The translations under genes were made by a program, and so were the position numbers. A stretch of DNA of 64,000 nt from Flavobacteriales bacterium (GTDB lineage Bacteria > Bacteroidota > Bacteroidia > Flavobacteriales > UBA7430), in assembly GCA_022425195.1 (NCBI GenBank), contig JAKMFX010000016.1, positions 11,831 through 75,830 of the forward strand. The letters run 5' to 3'. A model generated the notes under the pieces. It ran no database searches. It saw only the letters and a list, made by a program, of their open reading frames with translations, and was not told where the DNA came from. How positions within the stretch are numbered: the first letter of the stretch is position 1; every line of letters begins with the position of its first letter. Shown piece by piece: positions 1 to 8,590 of this stretch.

Positions 1-297
1 CGTACACACCAAATTAGAGCCCATTTTAAACACATTGGTCATCCGCTTTTTAATGATGAAGTTTATGGAGGTGATCGGGTTTTAAGAGGAACAACCTTTT
101 CTAAGTACAAGCAGTTTGTTCAGAATTGTTTTAAAGTAATCCCTAGGCATGCTCTTCATGCAAAGTCACTAGGATTTCATCATCCAAAAGACGATCAATG
201 GGTGCAGTTTGATTCTGAGTTGCCAACTGATTTTTCCGAGGTCTTAGACCGTTGGAGGAATTATACCGAACAGCGTTTGCAGAAAGAAGGAGAGTAA
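1..297 (+). CDS. rluD: RluA/RluD-family pseudouridine synthase, C-terminal fragment (5' end outside window)
   Basis: Frame 1 is open from nt 1 to TAA at 295-297. The translation RTHQIRAHFKHIGHPLFNDEVYGG... carries the conserved RTHQIR..G.P..GD..YG block. It is absent from the ORF track because no start lies in the window. Confidence 0.85.
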   Translation, partial: RTHQIRAHFKHIGHPLFNDEVYGGDRVLRGTTFSKYKQFVQNCFKVIPRHALHAKSLGFHHPKDDQWVQFDSELPTDFSEVLDRWRNYTEQRLQKEGE

Positions 298-459
298 AAC
301 GAATCTTCTTGATGTGGAGTTCCATTATATCTTTTTTAGACAACAATTAGTTTAGCCCGATGATTAATAACAAGTAGTATTGTTTCATTAGTCAAGCCCA
401 CCGACGCTATTTACAGATTTAAACTACCTAATAGACGCCAAAAATCAGCAAATGGCAAC

Positions 460-491
460 AAAAAAACTCCACAATTCAATGAAATGTGGAG
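460..491 (-). terminator. Rho-independent terminator downstream of ssrA
   Basis: On the minus strand, a 7-bp stem CTCCACA/TGTGGAG (485-491 pairs with 467-473) has an 11-nt loop and is followed by a T7 run (the A run at 460-466 on +). It sits directly 3' of the tmRNA acceptor end. Confidence 0.6.
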
Positions 492-497
492 TTGTAG

Positions 498-869
498 TGG
501 AGATGCAGGGAATCGAACCCTGGTCCAAACAAGGAATGTGAAAGCTTTCTTCATGCTTAGTCCTCAATTAATTTTCGAGTAAGGTCGGGAAGAAGACATT
601 CCCAAAACCAAACCTTATCCTTTTAATTTCGCGTTTAAGTCAAGGCATCCTTATTCGCTAGTTCATCCTTTTCTTGATGCTCGGTGGGACGGAAGCGATA
701 AACTTTCTTCTATCCTCGGAGCAAAAGCTGTTCTAATCCTAGATTAGGCAGCTAAAGCGTAGTTAGACTCGCCGTTTAAAAAAATGTGAATTGGATATTT
801 ACGAGCCGTCTCACCATGCTCGGCATGCTTACAAACCTATTCATCTCGCTGTCAAAGCCAGTCATCCCC
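498..869 (-). ncRNA. ssrA: tmRNA (SsrA)
   Basis: The minus strand starts GGGGATGACTGGCTTTGACAGCG and ends GGGTTCGATTCCCTGCATCTCCA, a tRNA-Ala-like acceptor with a G3:U wobble. An internal tag frame at 744-773 reads GGC GAG TCT AAC TAC GCT TTA GCT GCC TAA, giving GESNYALAA*. Confidence 0.9.
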
Positions 870-890
870 ATTACGTCAATGAACTTTAAC

Positions 891-898
891 AAATATAA
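891..898 (-). promoter_or_regulatory. Bacteroidota -7 box (TATATTTG) upstream of ssrA
   Basis: On the minus strand TATATTTG matches the TAnnTTTG consensus about 20 nt upstream of the mature tmRNA 5' end. This implies 5' processing of a short leader. Confidence 0.4.
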
Positions 899-1034
899 GG
901 CTAACTTTTCAGTACACAATTTTTAGTACTTCAAACTCGTTGTATTTGTAAAAGTATTTTAGTTAGATAAGAGCGCTAATTTTTACATTTTGTAAGTTTG
1001 ATATATAATTAGAAACTTAATAGATAATATCATA

Positions 1035-2237
1035 ATGAAAATAGGTGTACTGAGAGAAAGTAAAACCCCTCCTGATAAACGTGTGGTTTTGACTCCACAT
1101 CAGTGTGTAGAATTGCTAAAACAATACCCTCAGACAGAATTGGTTGTTCAGCCGAGTCAAATGAGAAAGTTTTCTGACCGTGAATATAGTGATCTCGGAA
1201 TTTCCTTACAGGAAGATTTGTCGGATTGTGATGTACTCTTTGGTGTTAAAGAAGTCCTCGTCGATTCGCTGATTGAAGGAAAGAAGTATTTCTTTTTTTC
1301 ACACACCATCAAAAAGCAATCTCACAATAGGGACTTACTTCGAAGAGTTTTAGCGTTAAAGATAACGCTTATTGACTATGAAGTTCTTACAGACTCTCGT
1401 GGAAGGCGACTTGTTGGTTTCGGAAGGTATGCAGGAATCGTAGGTTGTTACAATGCATTCCTAACTCTTGGTAGACGAACAGGGCTGTTTGATTTGAAAA
1501 GAGTTTATAATTGTGATGATCGGACTGAGATGGAGGCAGAGTTGGAAAAAATGCAACTATCAAATATTAAAATTGTTACAACTGGAACCGGTCGAGTAGG
1601 TAAGGGTGTTAAGGAACTTCTGGATATTGTTGGTGTTAAACAGGTTTCAATACATGAGTTTTTGAATCATACGTTTAAGGAAGCAGTTTATGTTCAGCTA
1701 GAAACGATGGATTACTTCGAACGAAGTGATCATGGCCCATCATTTAAACCTGACTTCTATGATAATCCAAGTGAGTATCGGTCGGACTTCATGAAGTTTG
1801 CTCAGGTTGCTGATGTATTCATTGCAGGACATTTTCACGCTTCTGATGCGCCCCCGTTATTTACTCCTGAAGACGCTAAATCTTCCAAGTTTAAGATTAG
1901 GATTGTTTCAGACATTTCATGTGACATAAATGGGCCTGTAGCAAGCACGATCAGGCCATCAAGTATTGAGAATCCTATTTATGGATACCATCCCGAATCA
2001 GCGTCTGAGGATGATTTTGATAAGGAGTCGGTCATAAGTGTTGTCGCTATAGATAATCTTCCGTGTGAGTTACCTAAGGATGCTTCTGAGGGCTTTGGAG
2101 CAGAATTACTAGAAAATGTATTCCCTCATCTTTTGAAAAGCGATGATGATGGAATTTTAGAAAGAGCTACACTCTGTGATTGTGGTTTTTTAACTATGCC
2201 TTTCAATTACCTGAATAAATTTGTGAAAAAGTCATAA
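1035..2237 (+). CDS. Alanine dehydrogenase/PNT-domain family protein (saccharopine/lysine-dehydrogenase-like)
   Basis: 400-aa ORF. The N-terminus MKIGVLRESKTPPDKRVVLTP is typical of the AlaDH/PNT N-terminal domain, and GTGRVGKG is a Rossmann-type glycine loop. A TAAGTTTG -7 box lies at 993-1000. Confidence 0.65.
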   Translation: MKIGVLRESKTPPDKRVVLTPHQCVELLKQYPQTELVVQPSQMRKFSDREYSDLGISLQEDLSDCDVLFGVKEVLVDSLIEGKKYFFFSHTIKKQSHNRDLLRRVLALKITLIDYEVLTDSRGRRLVGFGRYAGIVGCYNAFLTLGRRTGLFDLKRVYNCDDRTEMEAELEKMQLSNIKIVTTGTGRVGKGVKELLDIVGVKQVSIHEFLNHTFKEAVYVQLETMDYFERSDHGPSFKPDFYDNPSEYRSDFMKFAQVADVFIAGHFHASDAPPLFTPEDAKSSKFKIRIVSDISCDINGPVASTIRPSSIENPIYGYHPESASEDDFDKESVISVVAIDNLPCELPKDASEGFGAELLENVFPHLLKSDDDGILERATLCDCGFLTMPFNYLNKFVKKS

Positions 2238-2309
2238 GCTTCTCTTTACCTAAAAAATGAGTGAAATCACCTATAGGTCGGGGCGGTTACTTTATATATG
2301 TTTGTATAA

Positions 2310-2374
2310 CATTTTAATCCTGGGGGGGGTTAGAGTTTATTTTGGAAGACCTGTACGTAAGTACAGGTCTTTTT
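2310..2374 (+). ncRNA. Candidate small RNA, unit 1 (G8 seed plus intrinsic terminator)
   Basis: A TATGTTTG -7 box lies at 2297-2304. A 34-nt block at 2311-2344 (ATTTTAATCCTGGGGGGGGTTAGAGTTTATTTTG) is identical to unit 3. A 9-bp hairpin GACCTGTAC/GTACAGGTC at 2348-2369 is followed by T5. Confidence 0.45.
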
Positions 2375-2593
2375 ATATTGTTGTGTTTTTTTGTTGTTCT
2401 AGGTGTTTTATGGACTATTTAATATTCTGTCCTAAGTCCATATTTTGGATGAGGTTTTGTTTTGATGTGTGAAATTGTTATTTTATTCTAAAAAAATGCT
2501 TTTTATAGTGAATTTCGTATAAATAAACTTTTATTGTAAATAATTCTTTTTATTAATCCACCGTATCATAAAAACATTCGTATATTTGCAATG

Positions 2594-2676
2594 TATTAAA
2601 ACAATACAAAACGTAAGTTTATCCTGTGGGGGGGTAATTTATAATCAAAAGGTCTGTATAATCATACAGACCTTTT
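2594..2676 (+). ncRNA. Candidate small RNA, unit 2 (diverged seed ATCCTGTGGGGGGGTAATTTAT)
   Basis: A TATATTTG -7 box lies at 2581-2588 and a G7 tract at 2628-2634. An 8-bp hairpin at 2651-2672 is followed by TTTT. Confidence 0.4.
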
Positions 2677-2819
2677 GTCATTTTAGAACTTATTTTACAA
2701 GGAATATGTTTCTTAACTAATCGTAAAAACATGACATTCAAACACTTAAATGTCATGTCCTAAAAAATGAGTGATTTCACCTATTTCAGGTGTTAGGTAC
2801 CTTACCTATATTTGTTACT

Positions 2820-2886
2820 CATTTTAATCCTGGGGGGGGTTAGAGTTTATTTTGAAGGGCCTACGTGGAAATGTAGGCCCTTTTTT
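2820..2886 (+). ncRNA. Candidate small RNA, unit 3 (G8 seed plus intrinsic terminator)
   Basis: A TATATTTG -7 box lies at 2807-2814. The 34-nt block at 2821-2854 is identical to unit 1. An 8-bp GC-rich hairpin GGGCCTAC/GTAGGCCC at 2857-2880 is followed by T6. Confidence 0.45.
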
Positions 2887-2919
2887 ATGTCTTTGGTTTT
2901 GAGTTTACGACCTGAGTCA

Positions 2920-3621
2920 TTAGAAGTTTGGTTTCAGCATAAAGTTGTCATAAAAATTGTCAATGATTTTTAAAACTTCTTGAGGTTCATCTACAACAGA
3001 GATCAAGTGAAGATCCTCAGGGCTTATCATTCCTTCATGAACCAGAGTATCCTTCATCCACGACATGATGCCTTCCCAAAAATGACTCCCAACCAATATG
3101 ATTGGAAAAGTATCCATTTTTTTTGTTTGGATAAGGGTTAGAGCTTCAAACAATTCATCGAGAGTACCCATCCCTCCAGGCATCACAACAAAGGCTTGCG
3201 CATATTTGAGAAACATTACTTTTCTAACAAAAAAGTAGTCAAAGCAGATGTTCTTATCATCATCTATAAAGTTGTTAGATACCGCTTCAAAAGGCAGGTC
3301 TATGACCAAGCCTACTGAAGGAGCACCTCCCATTTTAGCACCTTTGTTACCGGCTTCCATAATTCCAGGACCACCCCCTGTAATAACCCCATATCCATTT
3401 TCAGATAGTTGTTTTCCAATATCAGTAGCAAGTTGGTAGTAGCTGTTTTCGGGTAAAGTCCTCGCGGAGCCAAAAATAGTTACACAGGGCCCGATTCGAG
3501 ACATTTTTTCAAATCCATTGACAAACTCTGACATGATTTTAAACAGTTGCCAAGAATCTTTAGTTTTTATTTCATTCCATGTCTTTTGCTTGAATACGCG
3601 GTCTAATCTTTCTTTATTCAT
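2920..3621 (-). CDS. LOG-family (TIGR00730) cytokinin riboside 5'-monophosphate phosphoribohydrolase-like protein
   Basis: 233-aa ORF with the GGGPGIMEA and PGGMGTLDELFE motifs, matching the PGGxGTxxE signature. Confidence 0.85.
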   Translation of the reverse strand: MNKERLDRVFKQKTWNEIKTKDSWQLFKIMSEFVNGFEKMSRIGPCVTIFGSARTLPENSYYQLATDIGKQLSENGYGVITGGGPGIMEAGNKGAKMGGAPSVGLVIDLPFEAVSNNFIDDDKNICFDYFFVRKVMFLKYAQAFVVMPGGMGTLDELFEALTLIQTKKMDTFPIILVGSHFWEGIMSWMKDTLVHEGMISPEDLHLISVVDEPQEVLKIIDNFYDNFMLKPNF

Positions 3622-3700
3622 AAATTACTATTAAGGGTTACTCATCCTAATATAGCGAATTTATTTCAAAGATTTTTTTGTGTATTTTCTATTCCTACCA

Positions 3701-5140
3701 CTAATAATTCATGGGTCTGCGAACTTTAGACATATATTTAGCCATCCGTACGACCTGACAAGAGTAACCAAACTCATTGTCATACCATACGTAAAGAATT
3801 GTATTTCGCCCGTTTTTAGAAACAATGGTTGCTGGGCTGTCAAATACAGCTGGAGAGCTATTTCCGACAATATCTGTTGAAACCAATTCGTTGGAAAGCG
3901 AGTAGTTGATTTGCTCCACCAATGGCCCCTCTAATGCCGCATTTTTAATGGAATGATTAATCTCTTCATTGGAAGTGCTTTTTTTGAGTGATAAATTCAG
4001 AATGGCAAGGGATCCATTGGGGGTAGGCACCCGAACAGCATTGGCCGTTAACTTGTCTTTTAAGTCAGGTATAGCTTTTACAACAGCATTTCCAGCTCCT
4101 GTATTTGTGATGACCATATTTAACGCGGCTGCACGACCTCTCCGTTCTTTTTTATGCATGTTGTCGACCAAATTTTGATCATTCGTATATGCATGAATGG
4201 TTTCAATATGACCATTTAGTATGCCAAATTCATTATTTACGACTTTTAGGATTGGTGTAATCGCATTTGTGGTGCATGAAGCTGCAGAAAATATCAAGTG
4301 TGTGTCTATGTTGAAATTTAGATGATTGGCTCCAAATACAACATTTGGAATTCCATTTCCAGGCGCAGTCAACAATACTTTTGCAACTCCTTTGGCATGA
4401 AGGTGTTTGTTCAGAGAATCTCGATCTCTGTATGCTCCGGAGTTGTCAATCAAAAGAGCATTGTTGATGTCATATGCACTGTAATCTATATCTTCTGGAT
4501 TTGAGCCCTCAAGAACCTTAATCGCATGGCCATTGATAATTAGTGCCTTATTTTCTGTGTCGGCAATTACAGTTCCTTTGAATTTACCGTGAACAGAGTC
4601 TGTCCTTAAAAGTGAGGCACGTTTGATAAGATTTAAATCATTGTTATTGCGTAAAACAATCGCCCTTAATCTTAGTTGATCACCTCGACCTTCTTGAGCC
4701 ATCAATTCTCGTGCAACGAGTCTACCAATTCTACCAAATCCATACAAGATGACATCTTTGGGGCTTATGTTTTTACTTTTAGTTTGGAGACAGTCGAGTT
4801 TAGATCTTAAGAAATCGTCAATTTGATCAAGTGGGGCTCCCTCTTTTATCCATTCGTATGTTAATTTTCCAATGTCAATTTTTGAAGGGGGTAAATTTGA
4901 CTGAGATATTGCTTTGGCAATAGCTAGAGTTTCATTAATCTCAATGGGTTTTTGAACAAATTCTTTCGCATAATCATGAAGATTTAATATTTCACTTGAG
5001 CTTTTATCGACCAATCGATTTCGAAAAATAATAAGTTCTATTGATTTTTCGTAGGATAAGTCACTGGTGATTTTGATGAGTTCGATGGCAGCTCTTTCTT
5101 CAGAAATTCGAGCATTCAATACTTCTTGATAGTCTTCCAT
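3701..5140 (-). CDS. gap: Glyceraldehyde-3-phosphate dehydrogenase, long form with N-terminal extension
   Basis: 479-aa ORF. It has a GFGRIGR NAD-binding loop and the catalytic SCTTN motif (AASCTTNAITP). Confidence 0.85.
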   Translation of the reverse strand: MEDYQEVLNARISEERAAIELIKITSDLSYEKSIELIIFRNRLVDKSSSEILNLHDYAKEFVQKPIEINETLAIAKAISQSNLPPSKIDIGKLTYEWIKEGAPLDQIDDFLRSKLDCLQTKSKNISPKDVILYGFGRIGRLVARELMAQEGRGDQLRLRAIVLRNNNDLNLIKRASLLRTDSVHGKFKGTVIADTENKALIINGHAIKVLEGSNPEDIDYSAYDINNALLIDNSGAYRDRDSLNKHLHAKGVAKVLLTAPGNGIPNVVFGANHLNFNIDTHLIFSAASCTTNAITPILKVVNNEFGILNGHIETIHAYTNDQNLVDNMHKKERRGRAAALNMVITNTGAGNAVVKAIPDLKDKLTANAVRVPTPNGSLAILNLSLKKSTSNEEINHSIKNAALEGPLVEQINYSLSNELVSTDIVGNSSPAVFDSPATIVSKNGRNTILYVWYDNEFGYSCQVVRMAKYMSKVRRPMNY

Positions 5141-5309
5141 ATCATTATTATTTTATTTATTTAATTTGATATTCTATTATTTATTTTATTAAAATTAGCA
5201 CATTTTATATAATAAACAATGAGGTTTTATTTCTTATTAAGTTTTCCTAAAGATTAATTATTGAATTGTGCTGAATTAATCCTATTTTCGTCTGTCTAGA
5301 AGCATTCTC

Positions 5310-6086
5310 ATGAAGTTAAAGTTTAGTAAGTATCAAGGTGCAGGAAATGATTTTATTATGGTTGATAACCGTAATGCTTTGTATGCTTTGAGTCAAAAAC
5401 AAATTCATCAATTGTGTGATCGTAGATTTGGCATAGGAGCTGATGGTTTCATATTATTAGGGCCTTCTGATGATTCTGATTTTGAGATGATTTATTACAA
5501 TGCTGATGGACAGTTAGGAAGTATGTGTGGTAATGGAGGGAGGTGTACGGTTGCTTTTGCAAGAGATCTCAATATCATCAAGGATGTTTGCAATTTTATG
5601 GCTTCAGATGGTATACACAAAGCAACATGTCTGGAGGATAAGCTGGTCTCATTAAAAATGACAGATGTAGAGTCGCTAAATTTTGAAAATGAGGCTTGGG
5701 TTTTAGATACGGGTTCACCTCATTTAGTTTGTTTTAAGGATGATATTACGCAAATTGATGTCACAAAAGAGGGCGCTAGCCTTCGAAATGCTCCAGCCTA
5801 TGTTGTGGAGGGCATTAATGTTAATTTTGTTTCCGTAAAAGATGGGGAACTTTCTCTTAGGACTTATGAAAGAGGCGTTGAAGATGAGACCTTGGCATGT
5901 GGAACTGGAGCAACGGCTTCCGCAATAGCGGCATACGAGGCAGGGCTCACTGTTTCTGATTGTGTTGTGGTTCATGTTTTAGGTGGACAGCTGGAGGTAA
6001 AGTTTAACAAGAGCCATTCAGAATATCAAGATATTTATCTCAAAGGTCCTGCAGAATTTGTTTTTGAAGGGGAAGTAGATGTCTAA
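5310..6086 (+). CDS. dapF: Diaminopimelate epimerase
   Basis: 258 aa. It contains GAGNDF and both catalytic-Cys motifs (MCGNGGRC and ACGTGATA). Confidence 0.9.
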   Translation: MKLKFSKYQGAGNDFIMVDNRNALYALSQKQIHQLCDRRFGIGADGFILLGPSDDSDFEMIYYNADGQLGSMCGNGGRCTVAFARDLNIIKDVCNFMASDGIHKATCLEDKLVSLKMTDVESLNFENEAWVLDTGSPHLVCFKDDITQIDVTKEGASLRNAPAYVVEGINVNFVSVKDGELSLRTYERGVEDETLACGTGATASAIAAYEAGLTVSDCVVVHVLGGQLEVKFNKSHSEYQDIYLKGPAEFVFEGEVDV

Positions 6087-6591
6087 TTTTAGATTGAAAT
6101 ATAGAGCTTTAGAACCCGGTGATCTTGCACAAATCTATCTTTGGGAAAATGACTTAGACATAAACCGTGTCAGTCTGTCTAAAGTTCCTTTTTCTAAATA
6201 TATGCTGGAACAATATATTTCACAATCCCACCTCGATATTCAAGAAGCAGGTCAATTCAGATTCATGTTGATGGACGATGGAGATCATGCGATAGGTTGT
6301 GTCGATCTTTTCGATTACGATGCAGTAGCTCGAAGAGCTGGAATGGGAATTGTTATTGATGAAAAGTCAAGGTCAAAGGGCTATGCTAAAGATGCCATTG
6401 CTCTTATGAAAGATTATGCCTTTAATCGAATAGGAATGCACCAGTTGCATTGTAGTATTTCGGTAGACAATTCATCAAGTTTAAACTTGTTTGAAAATTC
6501 GGGTTTTGTAAGAATTGGAATAAGAAAAGATTGGATTTTTAAAAACGGTTCTTTTTCTGATGTTATAGACATGCAATGCATTAAGCCTTAG
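6079..6591 (+). CDS. GNAT-family N-acetyltransferase
   Basis: 170 aa with a RimJ/RimL-like layout. The block RRAGMGIVIDEKSRSKGYAKDA is an acetyl-CoA-binding motif. The gene overlaps the dapF stop by 8 nt. Confidence 0.75.
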   Translation: MSNFRLKYRALEPGDLAQIYLWENDLDINRVSLSKVPFSKYMLEQYISQSHLDIQEAGQFRFMLMDDGDHAIGCVDLFDYDAVARRAGMGIVIDEKSRSKGYAKDAIALMKDYAFNRIGMHQLHCSISVDNSSSLNLFENSGFVRIGIRKDWIFKNGSFSDVIDMQCIKP

Positions 6592-6610
6592 TCATATTAA
6601 ATTTATTTCG

Positions 6611-7642
6611 ATGAAAAACACATGGATAAGAACCCTAATTATTTTTTCTTTTTTTGTGGTTCTACCAACGATTTATGTAGGAAATCAATTTTTCGCACCA
6701 CTTTCTCCAACAAATCGATTGTTGCTTATACCGACCGGAACGGATTACAACACCTTGAAGGATAGCCTCAAGTCTAATGAGTTGTTGAGAAATGAATTTT
6801 TATTTGACCTTCTTTGTTTGAAGAAAGATTACCACGTGATTCATCCAGGTCGATACTTAATAGATGATCAAATGGACGCCAATTCAATGGTGAATGCATT
6901 GAGGATAGGGGCTCAAACGCCACTCAACGTTATTTTTAACAACACCTCTACACTTCAGGATTTGGCGGGAAAATTAGCTTCACAGGTGGAAGCGGATTCT
7001 CTAGACTTAGTCAATGCTTTTACTAATGAACTCTTCTATTCCACTTACGATTTTGACCAGGAGTCAATGAGGAAGCTTTTTATTCCAAATACTTATGAAG
7101 TCTATTGGACAATTACACCCATTGAGTTTTTAGAACGTATGCAAAAGGAGTACAGTCGGTTTTGGACAGATGCAAGATTGTACAAAGCAAAAAGTTTAGG
7201 CTTAAGCCCTCATGAGGTGTCTGTGTTGGCCTCAATAGTTCAAAAAGAAACCTCTAAATTGGATGAGCAAGCCCTTGTTGCGGGTTTGTACCTTAACAGG
7301 CTGAAAAAGGGAATGAAGCTTCAGTCTGACCCTACGGTTATCTATGCAATTAAGGAGAGAGATGGCTTAGAGGTTTCCATCAAACGTGTTCTGAATAAAG
7401 ATTTAAAAATAGAGTCTCCATATAATACTTACAGAAATAAAGGTTTGCCACCAAACCCCATTTGTATTCCAGAAATGTCAGCTTTATTGTCTGTTTTGAA
7501 TCCGAAGTCACATGATTATGTATACATGTGTGCAAAGCCTGATTTTTCAGGTTATCATAATTTCACTCAATCATGGACAGAGCACAAAAGAAATGCAAAG
7601 CGTTTTCAGAATGCTCTTTCCGCTCAAGGAGTCATGCGATGA
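6611..7642 (+). CDS. mltG: Endolytic murein transglycosylase MltG (YceG-like)
   Basis: 343 aa with an N-terminal TM anchor. The YceG blocks ASIVQKET...LQSDPTVIY...YNTY..GLPP.PI are present. Confidence 0.85.
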   Translation: MKNTWIRTLIIFSFFVVLPTIYVGNQFFAPLSPTNRLLLIPTGTDYNTLKDSLKSNELLRNEFLFDLLCLKKDYHVIHPGRYLIDDQMDANSMVNALRIGAQTPLNVIFNNTSTLQDLAGKLASQVEADSLDLVNAFTNELFYSTYDFDQESMRKLFIPNTYEVYWTITPIEFLERMQKEYSRFWTDARLYKAKSLGLSPHEVSVLASIVQKETSKLDEQALVAGLYLNRLKKGMKLQSDPTVIYAIKERDGLEVSIKRVLNKDLKIESPYNTYRNKGLPPNPICIPEMSALLSVLNPKSHDYVYMCAKPDFSGYHNFTQSWTEHKRNAKRFQNALSAQGVMR

Positions 7643-8427
7643 TGGGGCTAAAAAAAGGAGACCTAGTTGCTTTTTTAAATGAACCTCTAAAAGGGGTTGT
7701 CATCGATTGTATTAACGATTCTCATGTTTTGGTTGAGTGTGACGGAATTGAAATGGATGTTTCGGCACAAGAGTTAATTCGTATTTCTTACATACCCAAA
7801 ATAGATGGTAAACATAAGTTTCCGATTAAAAAAGAAGATCGTAGTATAGACGATGTACCAAATCTAGAAAAAACCCCAGATGCCTATTCAACCCTCTCAG
7901 TTGGAGATCAGGTGAGTTTCATGAGTGACAATACCAAAGGGAGTATTGTAGCTATTATTGATGCGAATCACTATGAAGTGGAGATTGAAGATGGGTTTAA
8001 CATTCCTGCCCACCGATTAGAAATTGAAAAGGTATGGGTCGAAGATATAGAGGTTGATGAGAAGGCATTAAAAAGTCAAATAAAAAAAGATTTGGCTGTG
8101 GAAAAAAAGCAAAAGTCGATTTCTAATCAGGCGCCTGGTAAGTATTTTAGTCATCATGAAATAGATCTTCATATTGAAAATTTGATTGACAACTGGCAGG
8201 GAATGTCAAATTTTGAAATTGTGAGCAAGCAATTGTCTTATTTTAGAAAGCGTCTTTTTCAAGCTTTAGAGAACCATGAAGAGTTTCTGGTGGTGATACA
8301 TGGAGTAGGGAAGGGAACTTTGAAGCAAGAGATTGATAAATACCTTTTGCAGTTTCCCAATATTTTTATTGGTCCTGCAGACCCTAAGATTTATGGAATG
8401 GGAGCCAGCGAAATAAGAATTTCATAA
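7639..8427 (+). CDS. Smr-domain protein (MutS2-related nuclease domain)
   Basis: The C-terminal block EIDLHIENL...VVIHGVGKGTLKQEI is Smr-like. I chose the ATG at 7639, which overlaps the mltG stop as ATGATG, rather than the ORF-track start at 7573 inside mltG. Confidence 0.7.
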   Translation: MMGLKKGDLVAFLNEPLKGVVIDCINDSHVLVECDGIEMDVSAQELIRISYIPKIDGKHKFPIKKEDRSIDDVPNLEKTPDAYSTLSVGDQVSFMSDNTKGSIVAIIDANHYEVEIEDGFNIPAHRLEIEKVWVEDIEVDEKALKSQIKKDLAVEKKQKSISNQAPGKYFSHHEIDLHIENLIDNWQGMSNFEIVSKQLSYFRKRLFQALENHEEFLVVIHGVGKGTLKQEIDKYLLQFPNIFIGPADPKIYGMGASEIRIS

Positions 8428-8577
8428 TTTGAAAGTTAGAGGATGACGATGTTAATGAGCTTAGTGTTCTCCATTGTTGCTTCCTCATCTTTCATCAATT
8501 CACCCCCAAAAAGATGTTTATTTCTATCGGTTGGCCTCAAATTTCTCTGAGAATGACGGTTTATCGATTTTCCTTTG

Positions 8578-8585
8578 TAGTTTTG
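8578..8585 (+). promoter_or_regulatory. -7 box TAGTTTTG for rnpB
   Basis: It matches TAnnTTTG and ends 5 nt before the predicted P1 5' strand of RNase P RNA. Confidence 0.5.
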
Positions 8586-8590
8586 TTTTG

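Noticed and set aside
143-346. 67-aa minus-strand ORF
   Set aside because: It is antisense to the well-supported RluD-family C-terminus (1..297) and has no recognisable features.
300-1034. tmRNA locus as a possible genomic-island integration site
   Set aside because: No integrase, direct repeat of the ssrA 3' end or foreign-looking genes flank it. Only a terminator and promoters are present.
2410-2441. Hairpin ATGGACT-N18-AGTCCAT followed by ATTTT between sRNA units 1 and 2 as a fourth RNA unit
   Set aside because: It has no TAnnTTTG box in a suitable position and no G-tract seed. The stem is short with a large loop, which is insufficient evidence.
2257-2472. 71-aa track ORF starting at the conserved ATGAGTGA of sRNA unit 1
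   Set aside because: The homologous ATG in unit 3 (2767) hits TAG after 9 codons. The ORF also reads straight through a promoter box, the G8 tract and a terminator hairpin. The conservation pattern fits RNA and promoter elements, not a peptide.
7573-7638. N-terminal extensions proposed by the ORF track (7573 for Smr, 10299 for the BadF-type ATPase, 16910 for the M42 peptidase, 55599 for fsa)
   Set aside because: In each case the extension lies inside or abuts the neighbouring gene. An internal ATG gives an N-terminus matching the family or a coupled ATGA/TAATG junction.
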